Of a stretch of DNA of 64,000 bases, positions 12,118-23,524 are shown in pieces (the stretch's first letter is position 1; each line of letters opens with the position of its first letter). Made by a program: the position numbers and the translations under genes. The notes under the pieces were generated by a model that worked only from the letters and a program-made list of their open reading frames with translations, had not been told where the DNA came from and made no database searches. This DNA is from Eledone cirrhosa (taxonomy: Eukaryota). The stretch covers positions 63,984,001-64,048,000 of the forward strand of contig OZ024743.1 of assembly GCA_964016885.1 (NCBI GenBank), given 5' to 3'.

Positions 12118-12714
12118 ACTCGCGTATAATCGTGTAATTAAATGAGCTTAAAGGAAAGAGTTTTCCTGGGCACCTTAAAATACAATATATAGAGGGGAAA
12201 GTCCCAGAAAGTGACCAGGAAAACTCTTTCCTTTGAGCTCATTTAATTACTGGATTATACGCGAGTCCTTTGCTCCGTTATTTTACTTGATATTTGCTCC
12301 TTGCGCTCTCTCTGCTGTTGAGCACCATAAATTGAATAGTATAGGCTGCCATCTCTAGCAGCTTGTTCTGTTCATACCACCGGTTACTGCCTCGTGCACG
12401 CATTTCCCTTATATCTACACGTGCGATAGGTAGTTTATTTTAGTTCTCTATAGTAGTGCGGACAATATTGGCCTTCCACATGGTGATGACCCACAGGGCC
12501 GAATTGGAACCCACTTAAATGGCGAAACATTCTCCTGGTGAGTTTGTACATGTGTGACCTAGATATGAGGTTTGTTTCTCATTTTAATTTATACTTTTAA
12601 TTTTAATGTGTTTCCTATGCCTCTATTAGCTTATATTCTCTTCACGCTGGTGGTTTGAAATTCCTGTGTAAAGAAAAATACACTCTTCTGTGACTTTCCC
12701 CTCTATATATTGTA
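12118..12714. repeat. Element with two interleaved inverted repeats
   Basis: 12118-12173 is the reverse complement of 12211-12266; 12181-12209 is the reverse complement of 12686-12714. Confidence 0.75.
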
Positions 12715-12883
12715 TATATATATATATTTATTGCGGTTGTTTTTCTATCTCTGTCACGTTTGAAAAGTATGTTCGTCTCCAAAAGTTACCCATTTCAATC
12801 CCACCCATCCCCACTCACCACCATAGTTATTTCCTCTAATCAAAACTCAGCGGTTTTATAGTAATGTTTCTAATACAAATCAC

Positions 12884-15800
12884 TATCGCAAACCATTACT
12901 CGTGGTTGTTGTTTGGTATGATGGACTATGGAGTTGGAGAGTCTGGCCACTCACAATGACAATGACAAATATAAATTCACCTGCCATCTCCGGACGAGCA
13001 TGCAAGCACTCCTCTTTATGGAAGACCGAGACCAACATAATTCCGTCTCCAACACCCCTCCCTGTGCCCCCAACCCATCCCTTCCACCCACCCAGCGAAA
13101 TCCAAAACTTCAGAGTTGGTACCATGAATGTAGGCACATTGAAAGGTCACTCAAATGAGGTTGTAGAGATGCTTGAACATAAGGAAGTTGATGTTTGTTG
13201 TGTTCAAGAAACTAGGTGGAGGCGTGGGTCTGCTAGGTTCATTGTGGGTAAAAACGTTGCTATAAATTCTTCTGGAAGGGATGTGATAATGGGTTGGTTG
13301 ATGTAGGAATTATGTTAGCAGAAAAATGGGTAGATAAGGTAATTGCCGTAAATAAAGTGAATGACAGAATAATTAAGATAAGACTAGTTCTAAATAGAAC
13401 AACTGTGTCAATAATATCTGCTTATGCACACCAATCTGGTCTATCAGATGTTATCAACGACAGGTTCTATGAGTCACTAATGCTCACTACCTCCCAAATA
13501 ACCGGCAATGACTACCCATGCTAGCATGGAAAATGATGATGATGATGATGATGATGATGACTACATAATTATTGTTGGCAACCTTAATGGTCATGTTGGA
13601 CAATATTGTGATGGCTATGATGGAATCCATGGAGGTTATGGGTTTGGTACTAGAAACGAGGAAGGCTTCAGGATCCTGGAATTCTGTGATGCTAATAACC
13701 TAACTATCTGCAATACAAACTTCAAAAAATGAGACAATCACTTGATCACGTATAGATCAGGGGAGCACACCAGCCAGATAGATTTTAACCTTACTAGAAA
13801 ACAAGACAGAGTGTCTGTTATGAACACTAAGTCCCACCCTCATGAAGAATACACTTCTCAACATAGCCTAATAGTTAGTGACCTCATAGTCAGGGCTAGA
13901 TGTACTCAATGACAGAGGAATACCTTGAGGAGAAGAATATGGAAGTTGAAGAACCCCACAACAGTGTAACAAATTTAAAAGCATATTACTTGATGCTTTT
14001 CACAGTAAGTAAGAGCAATTAGAGACATACAACATAGAGGAAAAGTGGGAATTCCTGAAAGATAACCTACTGAAGGCAACGGAAGAAATCTGTGGCTGGA
14101 GCATACCTTTAGGTAGGAGAAGAGTAACTTGGTGGTGGAACAGTAAGGTGGAGGAGACAATCAAAGCCAAAAAGCAGGATTGGCCTGTATGGTGAGATGG
14201 GGGAAGTAGAACACTATCAGGTGGCTAGGAGAGAAGCTAGGAAACAAGTATATTTTACAAAGAGGGAAGCAGAGGATAGAAATGTCAAGCATATTCTACA
14301 ACGCGAGGACCAAAAACCTTAGGTGTTCAGGATTGCAAGGCAATGTGTCAAGTAAAATTGTGATATTGTTGGAGAGAAGTGTGTCCATAATGATGATGGT
14401 ATACTTGCCTTGACTGATACTGACAAGAAGGTAGCTTGGAAGTGTCACTACGAGAGACTACTAAATGAGCAGAATGATTGGGATAAAGATAGTCTGCCCT
14501 AAATTGATGCAACAGAGAGATCAGCTGTGCAAGTTAATGGTAGTAGAGTAAGTAAGGCAATCAAATATATGAAGACAGGCAAGGCAGCTAGGCCTTCGGA
14601 GATAGTTGCTGAAATATTGAAAGCATCTGGAATGGTGGGACATACTATGGTCACCTGGATAGTAAACTAAGTAATACAGAATGGGGTCATAGCAAATGAC
14701 TGGTGTAGCAGCATCATCGTTAACTGTTACAAGGGCAAAGGAGATGCCCTGGATAGAGGAAACTATAGAGGCATTAAGTTAGTTGACCAGGTCATGAAGG
14801 TCACAGAAAGAGTTATTACACAACTAATTATAGACTGAATTGATCTAGATGAAATGCAGTTTGGGTTTGTGCCAGGTAAAAGTACCACGGATGCTCTCTT
14901 CCTTGTATGGTAATGACAGGAGAAGTACCTAGCTAAAAGTAAACCCCTCTACTTAGCTTTTGTTGACTTAGGGAAAGCCTTTGACAGAGTTTCCCGCTCC
15001 ATTATCAGGTGGGCTCTTAGAAAACTAGGGGTAGATGAGTGGCTTGTGAGAGCCATGTGTAGAGGAACAGTCAGCAAAGTTAGAATTAAAACAATGAATA
15101 TAGTGAAGAATTTAGCGTAAAAGTAGGTTTTCACCAAGTCTCCATCCTTAGCCCCCTTCTGTTTATTATTGCCTTACAGGCTATAACAGAAGAGTTTAAG
15201 ACTGGCTGTTCATGGCAACTTCTATATGCAGATGATCTAACTCTCATAACTGAATCTATGGTTGAACTAGAGATTCCAAACATGGAAGCATGGCCTAGAA
15301 TCTAAAGGCCTTAAAGTTAACTTGTCTAAGACTAAGGTTCTAGTATGTAGCAAGGAGAATAGGGTACAGGTACCCTCTGGGAAATGGCCATGCTCAGTGT
15401 GTAGGAAAGAAGTAGGTAGAAATTCCATTCTATACCTCAAATGCAAGCTATGGGTCCATAAAAGATGTAGTGGGATCACAGGTAAGCTATTTAAGAATGT
15501 AGATTTTATATGTGGCTGATGCTCAGGTGCAGTCAGTATCAAGTGCCCACTGGATACTAACTCCTTCAACTGCCCAGATAGTTCTATAGAAATAGTAGAC
15601 ACTTTCTGTTATCTGGGTGGCAAAATCAGCAGTGGAGGAGGGTATTCTGAAAGTACAGTAGCCAGAGTTAGAACGGGATGGAAAAAGTTAAGAGAGGTAA
15701 TACTTCAGTTAGCCACAAAGGGTTTTTCTCTAAAAAGGAAAGGCAGATTGTATGATGCTTGTATACGAATGGCAGTATTACATGGTAGTGAGACCTAGGC

Positions 15801-16531
15801 GTTGTGCACAGAAGACTTGTGTAGATTAGAAAGAAACGAAGCTTGCATGCTCCGATGGATGTGTAATAGCAATGTACGCGAACGGCAAAGCATAAACAAA
15901 CTGAGAGAGTGACTAAGCATAAGAGGTATCAAACGACATGTGCAGGAGAGGAGATTGCATTGGTATGGGCATGTAATGCGTATGAAGGACAACAGCTATA
16001 TAAAATAGTGCAGAGAGATCAAAATTGATGGAAGCTACGGACTGGGTAGACCAAGAAAAACCTGGGACGAGGTGATAAAAACTTACCTTGCTCACTTACA
16101 ACTCTCTAAGATAATGTCACTGGATCGAGATCTTTGGTGCTATGCAGTTATACAGAAGACCCGCCTTCCTTTACATCGGAACTTAAACCTAAACTCAGTA
16201 GGCACCTCTTAACCCAATATACACCTCGCCCCACATCCCCTACTCTATCCTCCCACTTCCATCCACTGTAAAGTGGTCATGTAGGTGACATGACAAAAAA
16301 ACACCTAATCCCCGCTGTAAAGTGGTCATGTAGGAGACACAGTAAAAAGGCTCCCAGTTAACACTGTTAATGTGATTGGTGTTAGAAAAGGCATCCAGCT
16401 GTAGAAAGCCTGCCAGAGACAGTTCTTTACAAGTGAGACACCGTCACCCGACCCAACTTGCTTCAAGTGGGACAAACCTGTCCAACCCATGCTAGCATGG
16501 AAGATGGATGTTAAATGATGATGATGATGAT
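12884..16531 (+). mobile_element. RTE-clade LINE (family B), near full-length pseudogenised copy
   Basis: GTMNVGTL, VQETRW, SAYA, GNLNGHVG (APE); RT motifs including LYADD near 15220; WPCSVC; HGSET; RLHWYGHV; ~350-bp 3' UTR and (GAT)n tail. Many stops; the 5' boundary is approximate. Confidence 0.93.
13516..13556 (+). mobile_element. 41-bp ultra-truncated RTE 3'-end insertion inside LINE B
   Basis: CCATGCTAGCATGGAAA(ATG)n flanked by a target duplication ATGACTAC (13508-13515 / 13557-13564). Confidence 0.8.
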
Positions 16532-16600
16532 GTGTATTCTAGAAATTAAAGAAATAAAACCAGAAAAATGCACACACATATACATACACATATACATATA

Positions 16601-17827
16601 TATGGTGGCTGCCAACTCGTTTTCGAGTACAGCCACTACTTTATATCCATGTAGGAGAACCCCTCCCGATGCGCTGAACAAGTGTGACTTTTTAGTCCAG
16701 CCAGCGACTTGAAAACTCTGGTACAAAAACTACACTTGTGACAATTATTGACACATAGTGCTGGGCCCATGGTACCATGTGACGACAAGTGCAGAGAGAT
16801 CTCCAGATATAAAGAAATGCCTGTGCTGTGAAGCTTTTATAGTGAGCAAAGGCACTGCACAAAGCCAGTCCCACTCTCTTAACCAAGATGATATTTACCA
16901 AAAAGAAGAACAAGTCAACATCATTGGATACCATCAGAGTTGCAGGTGTTATATCAGAGTTTTCCTTCTCCTAGAATTCTGCCTTGACAAAGGCTAAGGG
17001 GTCATCTATCCCGGTGATTTTGGATCGCCATTGACACTTAAGAGCTCCTTTGGCCTTTGACAGGTTTTGGTTTTAGTCCTGCAGGATGTCCAAAGTCACC
17101 TTCCTCACCAAGAAACGTTGGTGGGGTTGCCAGTTTAGTCGCCAACGACCCGACCATGAGACAGGTTGTACTGGGATACATGTTACCAGTAGCACCAACT
17201 GGTGACCTGACATACATATACATATATATACATATATATGGTGGATGACAACTCGTTTTCGAGTACGGCCACTACTTTATATCCATGTAGGAGAACCCCT
17301 ACCGATGCGTTGAACGAGTGTGACTTTTTAGTCCGGCCAGCGACTTGAAAACTCTGGTACAAACACTACACTTGTGACAATTATTGACACATAGTGCTGG
17401 TCCCATGGCACCATGTGACGACAAGTGCAGAGCGATCTCCAGATATAAAGCAATGCCTGTGCCGTGAAGCTTTTATAGTGAGCAAAGGCACTGCACAAAG
17501 CCAGTCCCACTCTCTTAACCAAGATGATATTTACCAAAAAGAAGAACAAGTCAACATCATTGGATACCATCAGAGTTGCAGGTGTTATATCAGAGTTTTC
17601 CTTCTCCTAGAATTCTGCCTTGACAAAGGCTAAGGGGTCATCTCTCCCGGTGATTTTGGATGGCCATTGACTCTTAAGAGCTCCTTTGCCCTTTGACAGG
17701 TTTTGGTTTTAGTCCTGCAGGATGTCCAAAGCCACCCTCCTCACCAAGAAACCTTGGTGGGGTTGCCAGTTTAGTTGCCAGCGACCCGACCATGAGACAG
17801 GTTGTACTGGGATACATGTTACCAGTA
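16601..17827. repeat. Tandem duplication (636-bp period) of a dispersed non-coding repeat
   Basis: 16601-17209 and 17237-17827 are highly similar (paired ORFs are offset by 636). Diverged relatives lie at ~8415-8700 and ~18611-18920. Confidence 0.9.
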
Positions 17828-17853
17828 TACATATATATACATACATGCATGCA

Positions 17854-17885
<32 letters not shown>

Positions 17886-17891
17886 CATAAT

Positions 17892-18480
17892 ATGAAAAAG
17901 TACTGGTTGAATGTTCCAATAAAATGCAGGCATAACAGACCAGATATAATGATATGGGACAGGGAAAAGAAGGCATGCACGGTTGTGGAAGTTAGCTGCC
18001 CAGCAGATGCCAATATAATATCAAAGATTAGCGAAAAGGAGAATATTTATGCAGAACTAATAAGAAATTTGCAGATACTCCACCCTGACTATACCTTCAG
18101 ATTTATACCTGTGATTATTGGGGCACTGGGGTATGTTAGTAACTGCCTCAATACAAATCTTGAGAAGCTGGGCTTCACAGAAACAGATAGAACACAACTA
18201 ATTGGAAATTTAAAGTACAATCCATTAATGGAACAGTAAAAATATGTAAAATATTCCAAAAATGTTGCATCTAATAACTGCATATATACACATGTACAGA
18301 TATAAAGCATATGCACATGAACACATACAATAACACCCATACCTGCACACAGATACATGCAAACATACATATCTACCTAGTTGATGTTGCGTAAATTTCA
18401 ATAAGAGAGTCTTGTATCTATGTTAGAAACCAACTCTCTCTCTCTCTATTGGCAAAATTTTGTGAAATTATAAAACCAGA
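17892..18480 (+). mobile_element. R4/Dong-like non-LTR retrotransposon 3' fragment (restriction-like endonuclease domain)
   Basis: HNRPDIMIWDREKKACTVVEVSCP..EK..Y..L..IPVIIGALG is the PD-(D/E)xK RLE signature; it is embedded in a (CATA)n tract. Confidence 0.8.
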
Positions 18481-19145
18481 AGAACATGCATACACACATA
18501 CACACACATACATACATATATACACTCACTGACATACATACACATATATATATACATATAAACATACATACATCCATACATACATACATCTATCCATACA
18601 TACATACATGATGGCTGCCCCCTCGTTATCGAATATGGCCATTGCACGATATACCATTATTAATAATTATTAATTAATTCTATTGTGTAATTCCTGTGCA
18701 TGAAGATATTTTTTAAAGTGAGGAAAGACTGTGCACTGAGCCAATCCCACTCTCTGAGCGACAGTAGCTATAACCCCAAAAGAAGAAAAGATCAACATCA
18801 TCGGTAACTACTGAGCCGCAGGTTTTATATCAGAGTTATCCCAGTTTTCTGAGTTGCCTTCTCCTAGAAGAATGCCCTGACAAAGGTTAGGGGTCCTTCA
18901 CTCCCAGTGGTTTAACCGTGCGATTGCTAAGGATGTATGTTTAAATACAAATCTATAATTTTAAAAAATCTAAAAAGAACAAAAAAATATCCAAGCTGTG
19001 AACAACTTTGAATTTAATTATCACAGAAATTTATTGGAACTTTTAACGAATACCATCATCTGTTATAAAAACTACATCCCAATAATGGTGTATAGAAAAA
19101 AATCTTCATGGTTAAACTTATAATTGCCCCTTTGACCCATAGAGT

Positions 19146-19445
19146 AAAGACCACCTTCGATCACAAATGACCATAGGATTTGCACCTAGAAAGTTTCCCT
19201 CCGAGGTACAAGTCCAGACAAGGTTGTTTATGGAAGACCAGCAGTCGCTCATGCATACCAGTCTTCCCTCTCCACACCACCGATCTTGGCCAAAGAAAAG
19301 GCAATTACCAATACAACTTGGCACCTGTGACGTCTCAACTGATTTCTACAGCTGAGTAAACTGGAGCAATGTGAAATAAAGTGTCTTGTTCAAGGACACA
19401 ATGCAAAGCCCAGTCCGAGAATCAAACTCTCAACTTCACGACGGC
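19146..19445 (-). mobile_element. tRNA-derived SINE
   Basis: Reverse complement has GAGTTTGATTC, GTGTCCTTGAACAAGACAC and TTGCTCCAGTTTACTC, shared with 21352-21500. Confidence 0.65.
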
Positions 19446-19521
19446 TGAGCTCCAGCCGTTTCGATAGCTAGATGGTCCACCTGGTATCTTACCACACCTT
19501 CTTTGTTATATATATATATAT

Positions 19522-19799
19522 ATCATCATCATCATCATCATCACCGTTTTACATACGTTCTTCCACGTTAGCATGGGTTAGACGGGTTGTCCTGTTGTGG
19601 GCAGTGTCCGGTCGGCTGACCTTGTCTTGCTCATACGGGATCTGGTTCTGGCTTGATTTCTACAGCTGGATGCCCTTCCTAACACCAACCTCATTTACAG
19701 TGAGTGCTGGGTGCTTTTTTTCCGTGGCGCCTACACGTCCACTTTACAGTGTGGGCTGGGTGCTTTTTTGCTGTGGCACCTCCACGACCACTTTGCAGT
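19522..19799 (-). mobile_element. RTE LINE 3' UTR fragment
   Basis: (CAT)n, CCACGTTAGCATGG hairpin and GGATGCCCTTCCTAACACCAAC; partly near-identical to the reverse complement of 21520-21731. Confidence 0.85.
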
Positions 19800-20019
19800 T
19801 TGTCTATATATATATTGTTATACTTGGGGAGGGTCATATTGTTGTAATACTATTGCCAGAAATAATAACAGAACACACTCACTGTTTGGTTGGTTTTCTT
19901 TTTTGCTTCTGCATCTTTTATATTTCCATAGTTAATTCATTTGGCCATCAATGTTTATCACTGACTGACCAACGGTCAAAAATACAGATATAAATATATA
20001 TATATAGTCTAACAAAGTT

Positions 20020-21030
20020 CTTTCGTTGCACATCTGCAACATCATCAGTGGTACTATTATCATGCTTCCCTCTACTGTATTGTATGTATTGTAATGTCTA
20101 CGCCATTTTTATTTTATCCATTTATTTATTTTTGTCTCCGTCTCTGCGCATGTGTTTGCATGTGTGTATAGTGTTTGGTGTGTGTGTTCGCATTTGAGTG
20201 TATGTGGTTTGGTTTTTTATTCTATCTTTGTTTATTAGTGTGTGTTTATATGTTTGTTGTTATTAGATATTATTTTAATTTCTATGTTGTCTATGTTACC
20301 GTGATGTTGTTGTCTGGCATGTTCATATAGTACTGAACCATTTTTTTGTCCTTTTAATTCCCCTCAGTGTTGGTCTATTCTTTTTCCTATGCTTCGAGCT
20401 GTCTCACCTATGTATGTTGTTGTCATGTTTCTGCAAGTACCATCTGTACATCTTATGCTATAGACTACATTTCTAGTTTTACAGTTTATCTGGGAGTTTA
20501 CTTTACATATAACACATTTCTTATTAGTACAGTGGGTTTTCTTAAAAGGGTATGTTTTGCTGATCAGGGATTTTATGGTAGTTCCTGGCTTTTCTACCAC
20601 TTTAATCTTTAAGTGGGTCTTTCTTAGGCCCTTTCTACATTGGTTAGCTAATTTCCCTCCAGGGGTAGCATCCACGAACATGACACTCTGGTATCTCTGA
20701 TTGTCATACCATGAGGTGGCTTTCCCTATCTTATGTTTAGTCCTATCTAAGCTGTTCCATGATTTTCTCCTGTATAATGGGCAAATTCCTTTCATGTTCA
20801 GTTCTATGAGGGTCTTATACTTCTATACTTCTCCATGGCTCCTTTGTATACTCTGATTTGATTCGGTCTCTTTGGTTGTAGCCAGAGAACTGCATGCAGT
20901 TGATAAAGTGTTGGATGTGTCTTTCCATTTCTGTTGGGTCACACATGTGGGACACGTTCTTCATCGCTCGTACCAAGTCTGCGATCAGAATATTAAACTT
21001 AGCACTACAGGACATTGCTGAGTTTTTGAG
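20020..21030 (-). mobile_element. Penelope-like element remnant (RT C-terminus, GIY-YIG endonuclease, downstream hammerhead core)
   Basis: C..KKCVIC..C.TRNVVYSIRC..C..YIGETARS..KRI.QH in ORF 20364-20795; SGYN motif in 20815-21015; CUGAUGA-U-GUUGCA/UGCAAC-GAAA at 20048-20021. Confidence 0.85.
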
Positions 21031-21042
21031 TATATATATATA

Positions 21043-21253
21043 TATTTATTAAAATAACAGATTAAAGTTTAAGCAAAGAATCGCTGCTCTCACTCTTTAC
21101 GGGATCTTCTGAAACTAAAAAAAATCAATCTGTGAACGCAGAAGTAAATAAATCTGCGTTCACAGATTGATTTTTTTTCAGTTTCAGAAGATCCCGTAAA
21201 GGGTGAAAGCAGTGATTCTTTGATTAAACTTTAATCTGTTATTTTAATAAATA
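21043..21253. repeat. Near-perfect palindrome (~100-bp arms, 10-bp spacer) of a dispersed repeat
   Basis: 21043-21142 is the reverse complement of 21153-21253. Single-arm copies lie at ~60610-60680 and ~63388-63480. Confidence 0.9.
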
Positions 21254-21351
21254 TTTTCTCTAGGGTTCTTATATATTTGATATATATTTATCCTTATCGA
21301 GCCCTCTTTGGATTTTAGTCTTCACATTTATTATTATTACTATATATATAT

Positions 21352-21500
21352 GGAGACACATGGCTTAGTGGTTAAAGCATTAGCCTTGCAATTGAAAGGT
21401 TGTGAGTTCAATTCTCAGACCGGGAGATGTGTTGTTTCCTTGAGCAAGACACTTTATTTCAGATTGCTCCAATTTACTCAGCTGTAGAAATGAGATGGTA
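21352..21500 (+). mobile_element. tRNA-derived SINE
   Basis: A box TGGCTTAGTGG, B box GAGTTCAATTC, then CCTTGAGCAAGACAC. Confidence 0.75.
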
Positions 21501-21519
21501 GGGACTGGGGTCCTTATCA

Positions 21520-21727
21520 TTCCACTGCAAAGTGGTCGTGTAGCACCCATCCCACACTGTAAAGTGGACGTGTAGGCGCCACGGAAAAAAAGCACCCAGC
21601 ACTCACTGTAAATGAGGTTGGTGTTAGGAAGGGCATCCAGCTGTAAAAATCAAGCCAGAATCAGTTCCCGTCCCACCTTTGCAAGCAGGGAAAAGCAGAT
21701 GTAAAATGATGATGATGATGATGATGA

Positions 21728-21731
<4 letters not shown>
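21520..21731 (+). mobile_element. RTE LINE 3' UTR fragment with (GAT)n tail
   Basis: CACTGTAAAGTGG motifs, GTTAGGAAGGGCATCCAGC, terminal hairpin and GAT tail. Confidence 0.85.
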
Positions 21732-21765
<34 letters not shown>

Positions 21766-21768
21766 ATA

Positions 21769-22176
21769 CGAGGGCAATCCCAAAAGTAATGTCTCCTTCC
21801 GATATTGCAACTTCCGATATTGCAACTTTTCCATTAAAATCCTGTGGATGGTGCTTCGGGAAACCTCAGGAACCAAAATGCAGAGAGCATCCAGAGTGAT
21901 CCGCCGATCTTTACGCATGTTTTCCTCGGAAGGAGACCTTACTTTTGGGATTTCCCTCTACATAATAACTGCACAAAATTTGCACTTGGCGGTAGCGTTC
22001 AACGGGAGCCCCATTCTCAATGGCTGCCAAGCCAAGATTGAGCATCCCAGCGAAGCACGCGCATACTTGTTTGGGAGTGAAAGAAGCACCAATCACAACA
22101 GTGTTGCCAACAGCCATACGAACAGTTTCTCTGCGTCCCCATCGCTTTGGAGACATTACTTTTGAGATTACCCACG
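21769..22176 (-). mobile_element. Internally deleted mariner derivative with three TIR copies
   Basis: TA-CGAGGGCAATCCCAAAAGTAATGTCTCC ... GGAGACATTACTTTTGAGATTACCCACG-TA, with an extra TIR at 21932-21960. Transposase HTH remnant DRRITL..VSRSTIHRIL.E.L. Confidence 0.8.
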
Positions 22177-22285
22177 TAGTTTAGGTATTGTAATGTCCGG
22201 TTACCGTAGGTTCACTAAAGTGAGCACTCAATGCATATTTTCCAGTAGGTATATTGGTGTTATTTTAAGCAGAGTGTAATAATAA

Positions 22286-22472
22286 TTGTTTCTACTTTTG
22301 GCACAAGGCCAGCAATAATCCAGCGCATTACTGGTACTTTATTTTATCGACCCCGTAAGGATGAAAGGCAAAGTTAACCTTGGGCGGGATTTGAACTCAG
22401 ATCATAAAGGGCCGTAACTCTTTGCTGCAAGGCATGGCGTCAGACCCTCTACCAATACTGCCAATCCACCGC
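22286..22472 (-). mobile_element. SINE fragment (second family; also at ~63700-63788)
   Basis: Shared TTACTGGTACTTTATTTTATCGACCCCGTA.GGAT.AAAGGCAAAG; B-box-like GAGTTCAAATCC on the minus strand. Confidence 0.65.
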
Positions 22473-22963
22473 AAGAGCATAATAATAAAAAAAAGGATGA
22501 AGTGTTAGATTTTCATTATATTTACTGAGGTGTGTATATAACAATATTGATATTTACAAGGCCTCACACACACCATATGCACACATGCACATGCATAAAG
22601 CTAGACATATGTTTTGATATAAATGTCTCATGAATAAATAATATTAATTTAATACTGAATTAGGTTAATTAGCTTGGTATAGAGATAGCGTTACTTTTCA
22701 GTGGACACACCTGGGCAGTCAACAGAACATTCTCAAATATCTAATGAAATCGACACATAATCAGACTAATGCAATTGTTACATCATTACACATTTTATTG
22801 TTGTTATGATTCTCTCAATTGTGCAGTTTTAACTGGTGTCATGCTATGCTGCATCTCGTTGCATCTCGTCGCATCTTGTTGCAACTTGTATGAGGTTGTT
22901 TCTCAGGTGTTTTAATGATTGCAGTCCCTGTCTATAATATCATGTCACCATTTCTCAGGTGAC

Positions 22964-23019
22964 ATCATCCTCCTCTCCCTCCTTCTCATCATCATTATCA
23001 CCATCATCACCATCAACGC

Positions 23020-23073
<54 letters not shown>

Positions 23074-23432
23074 TACCATCATCATCGTCAACACCATCAT
23101 CACCATCACCATCACCACCATCACCATAATCATCATCTTCATCGTCATCATCACCATAATCATCATCATCTTCATCATCATCACCATCTTCATCATCAAC
23201 ATCATCATCATCATCAACATCATCACCATCATCATCTTCATCATCATCATCATCTTCATCATCAACATCATCATCATCATCACCATCATCATCGTCATCA
23301 TCATCATTATGCTCCTGCTCCTCCTCACCATCCTCCTCATCATCATCCCAATCATCATCAGTATCACCACCAACATCATTATCTTAATCCTCCTCCTCCT
23401 TTTTCTCCTCCCCATCATCATCCGCATCATCA
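22964..23432. repeat. Long cryptic (CAT/CAC/CCT)n triplet tract, probably an expanded RTE tail
   Basis: ~470 bp of in-phase triplets directly abutting the RTE 3' end at 23433-23524. Confidence 0.9.
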
Positions 23433-23524
23433 TTGTTTTCATGCTTGCATGAGTTAGACATGTCTTTTCTTGTACAGCATCTCTCCACATCTCTCTTTCT
23501 TTTGTGGAGTTCAATTTCATCCCC
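23433..23524 (-). mobile_element. ~90-bp RTE family A-like 3' end
   Basis: Minus strand reads TKEREMWRDAVQEKTCLTHAS, against TKDRDKWRDAVLNKTRPTLAS in the 8936 copy; CATGCAAGCATG hairpin. Confidence 0.75.

Noticed and set aside
16692-17633. Duplicated 79-80 aa ORFs as a small gene pair
   Set aside because: They overlap on both strands inside a recent tandem duplication of a dispersed repeat and have no recognisable domain.
21352-21425. tRNA gene
   Set aside because: It has A and B boxes but no complete cloverleaf, and continues into a SINE body seen elsewhere in the window.
22919-23520. Poly-Ile and poly-Met ORFs
   Set aside because: These are translations of the (CAT)n tract.
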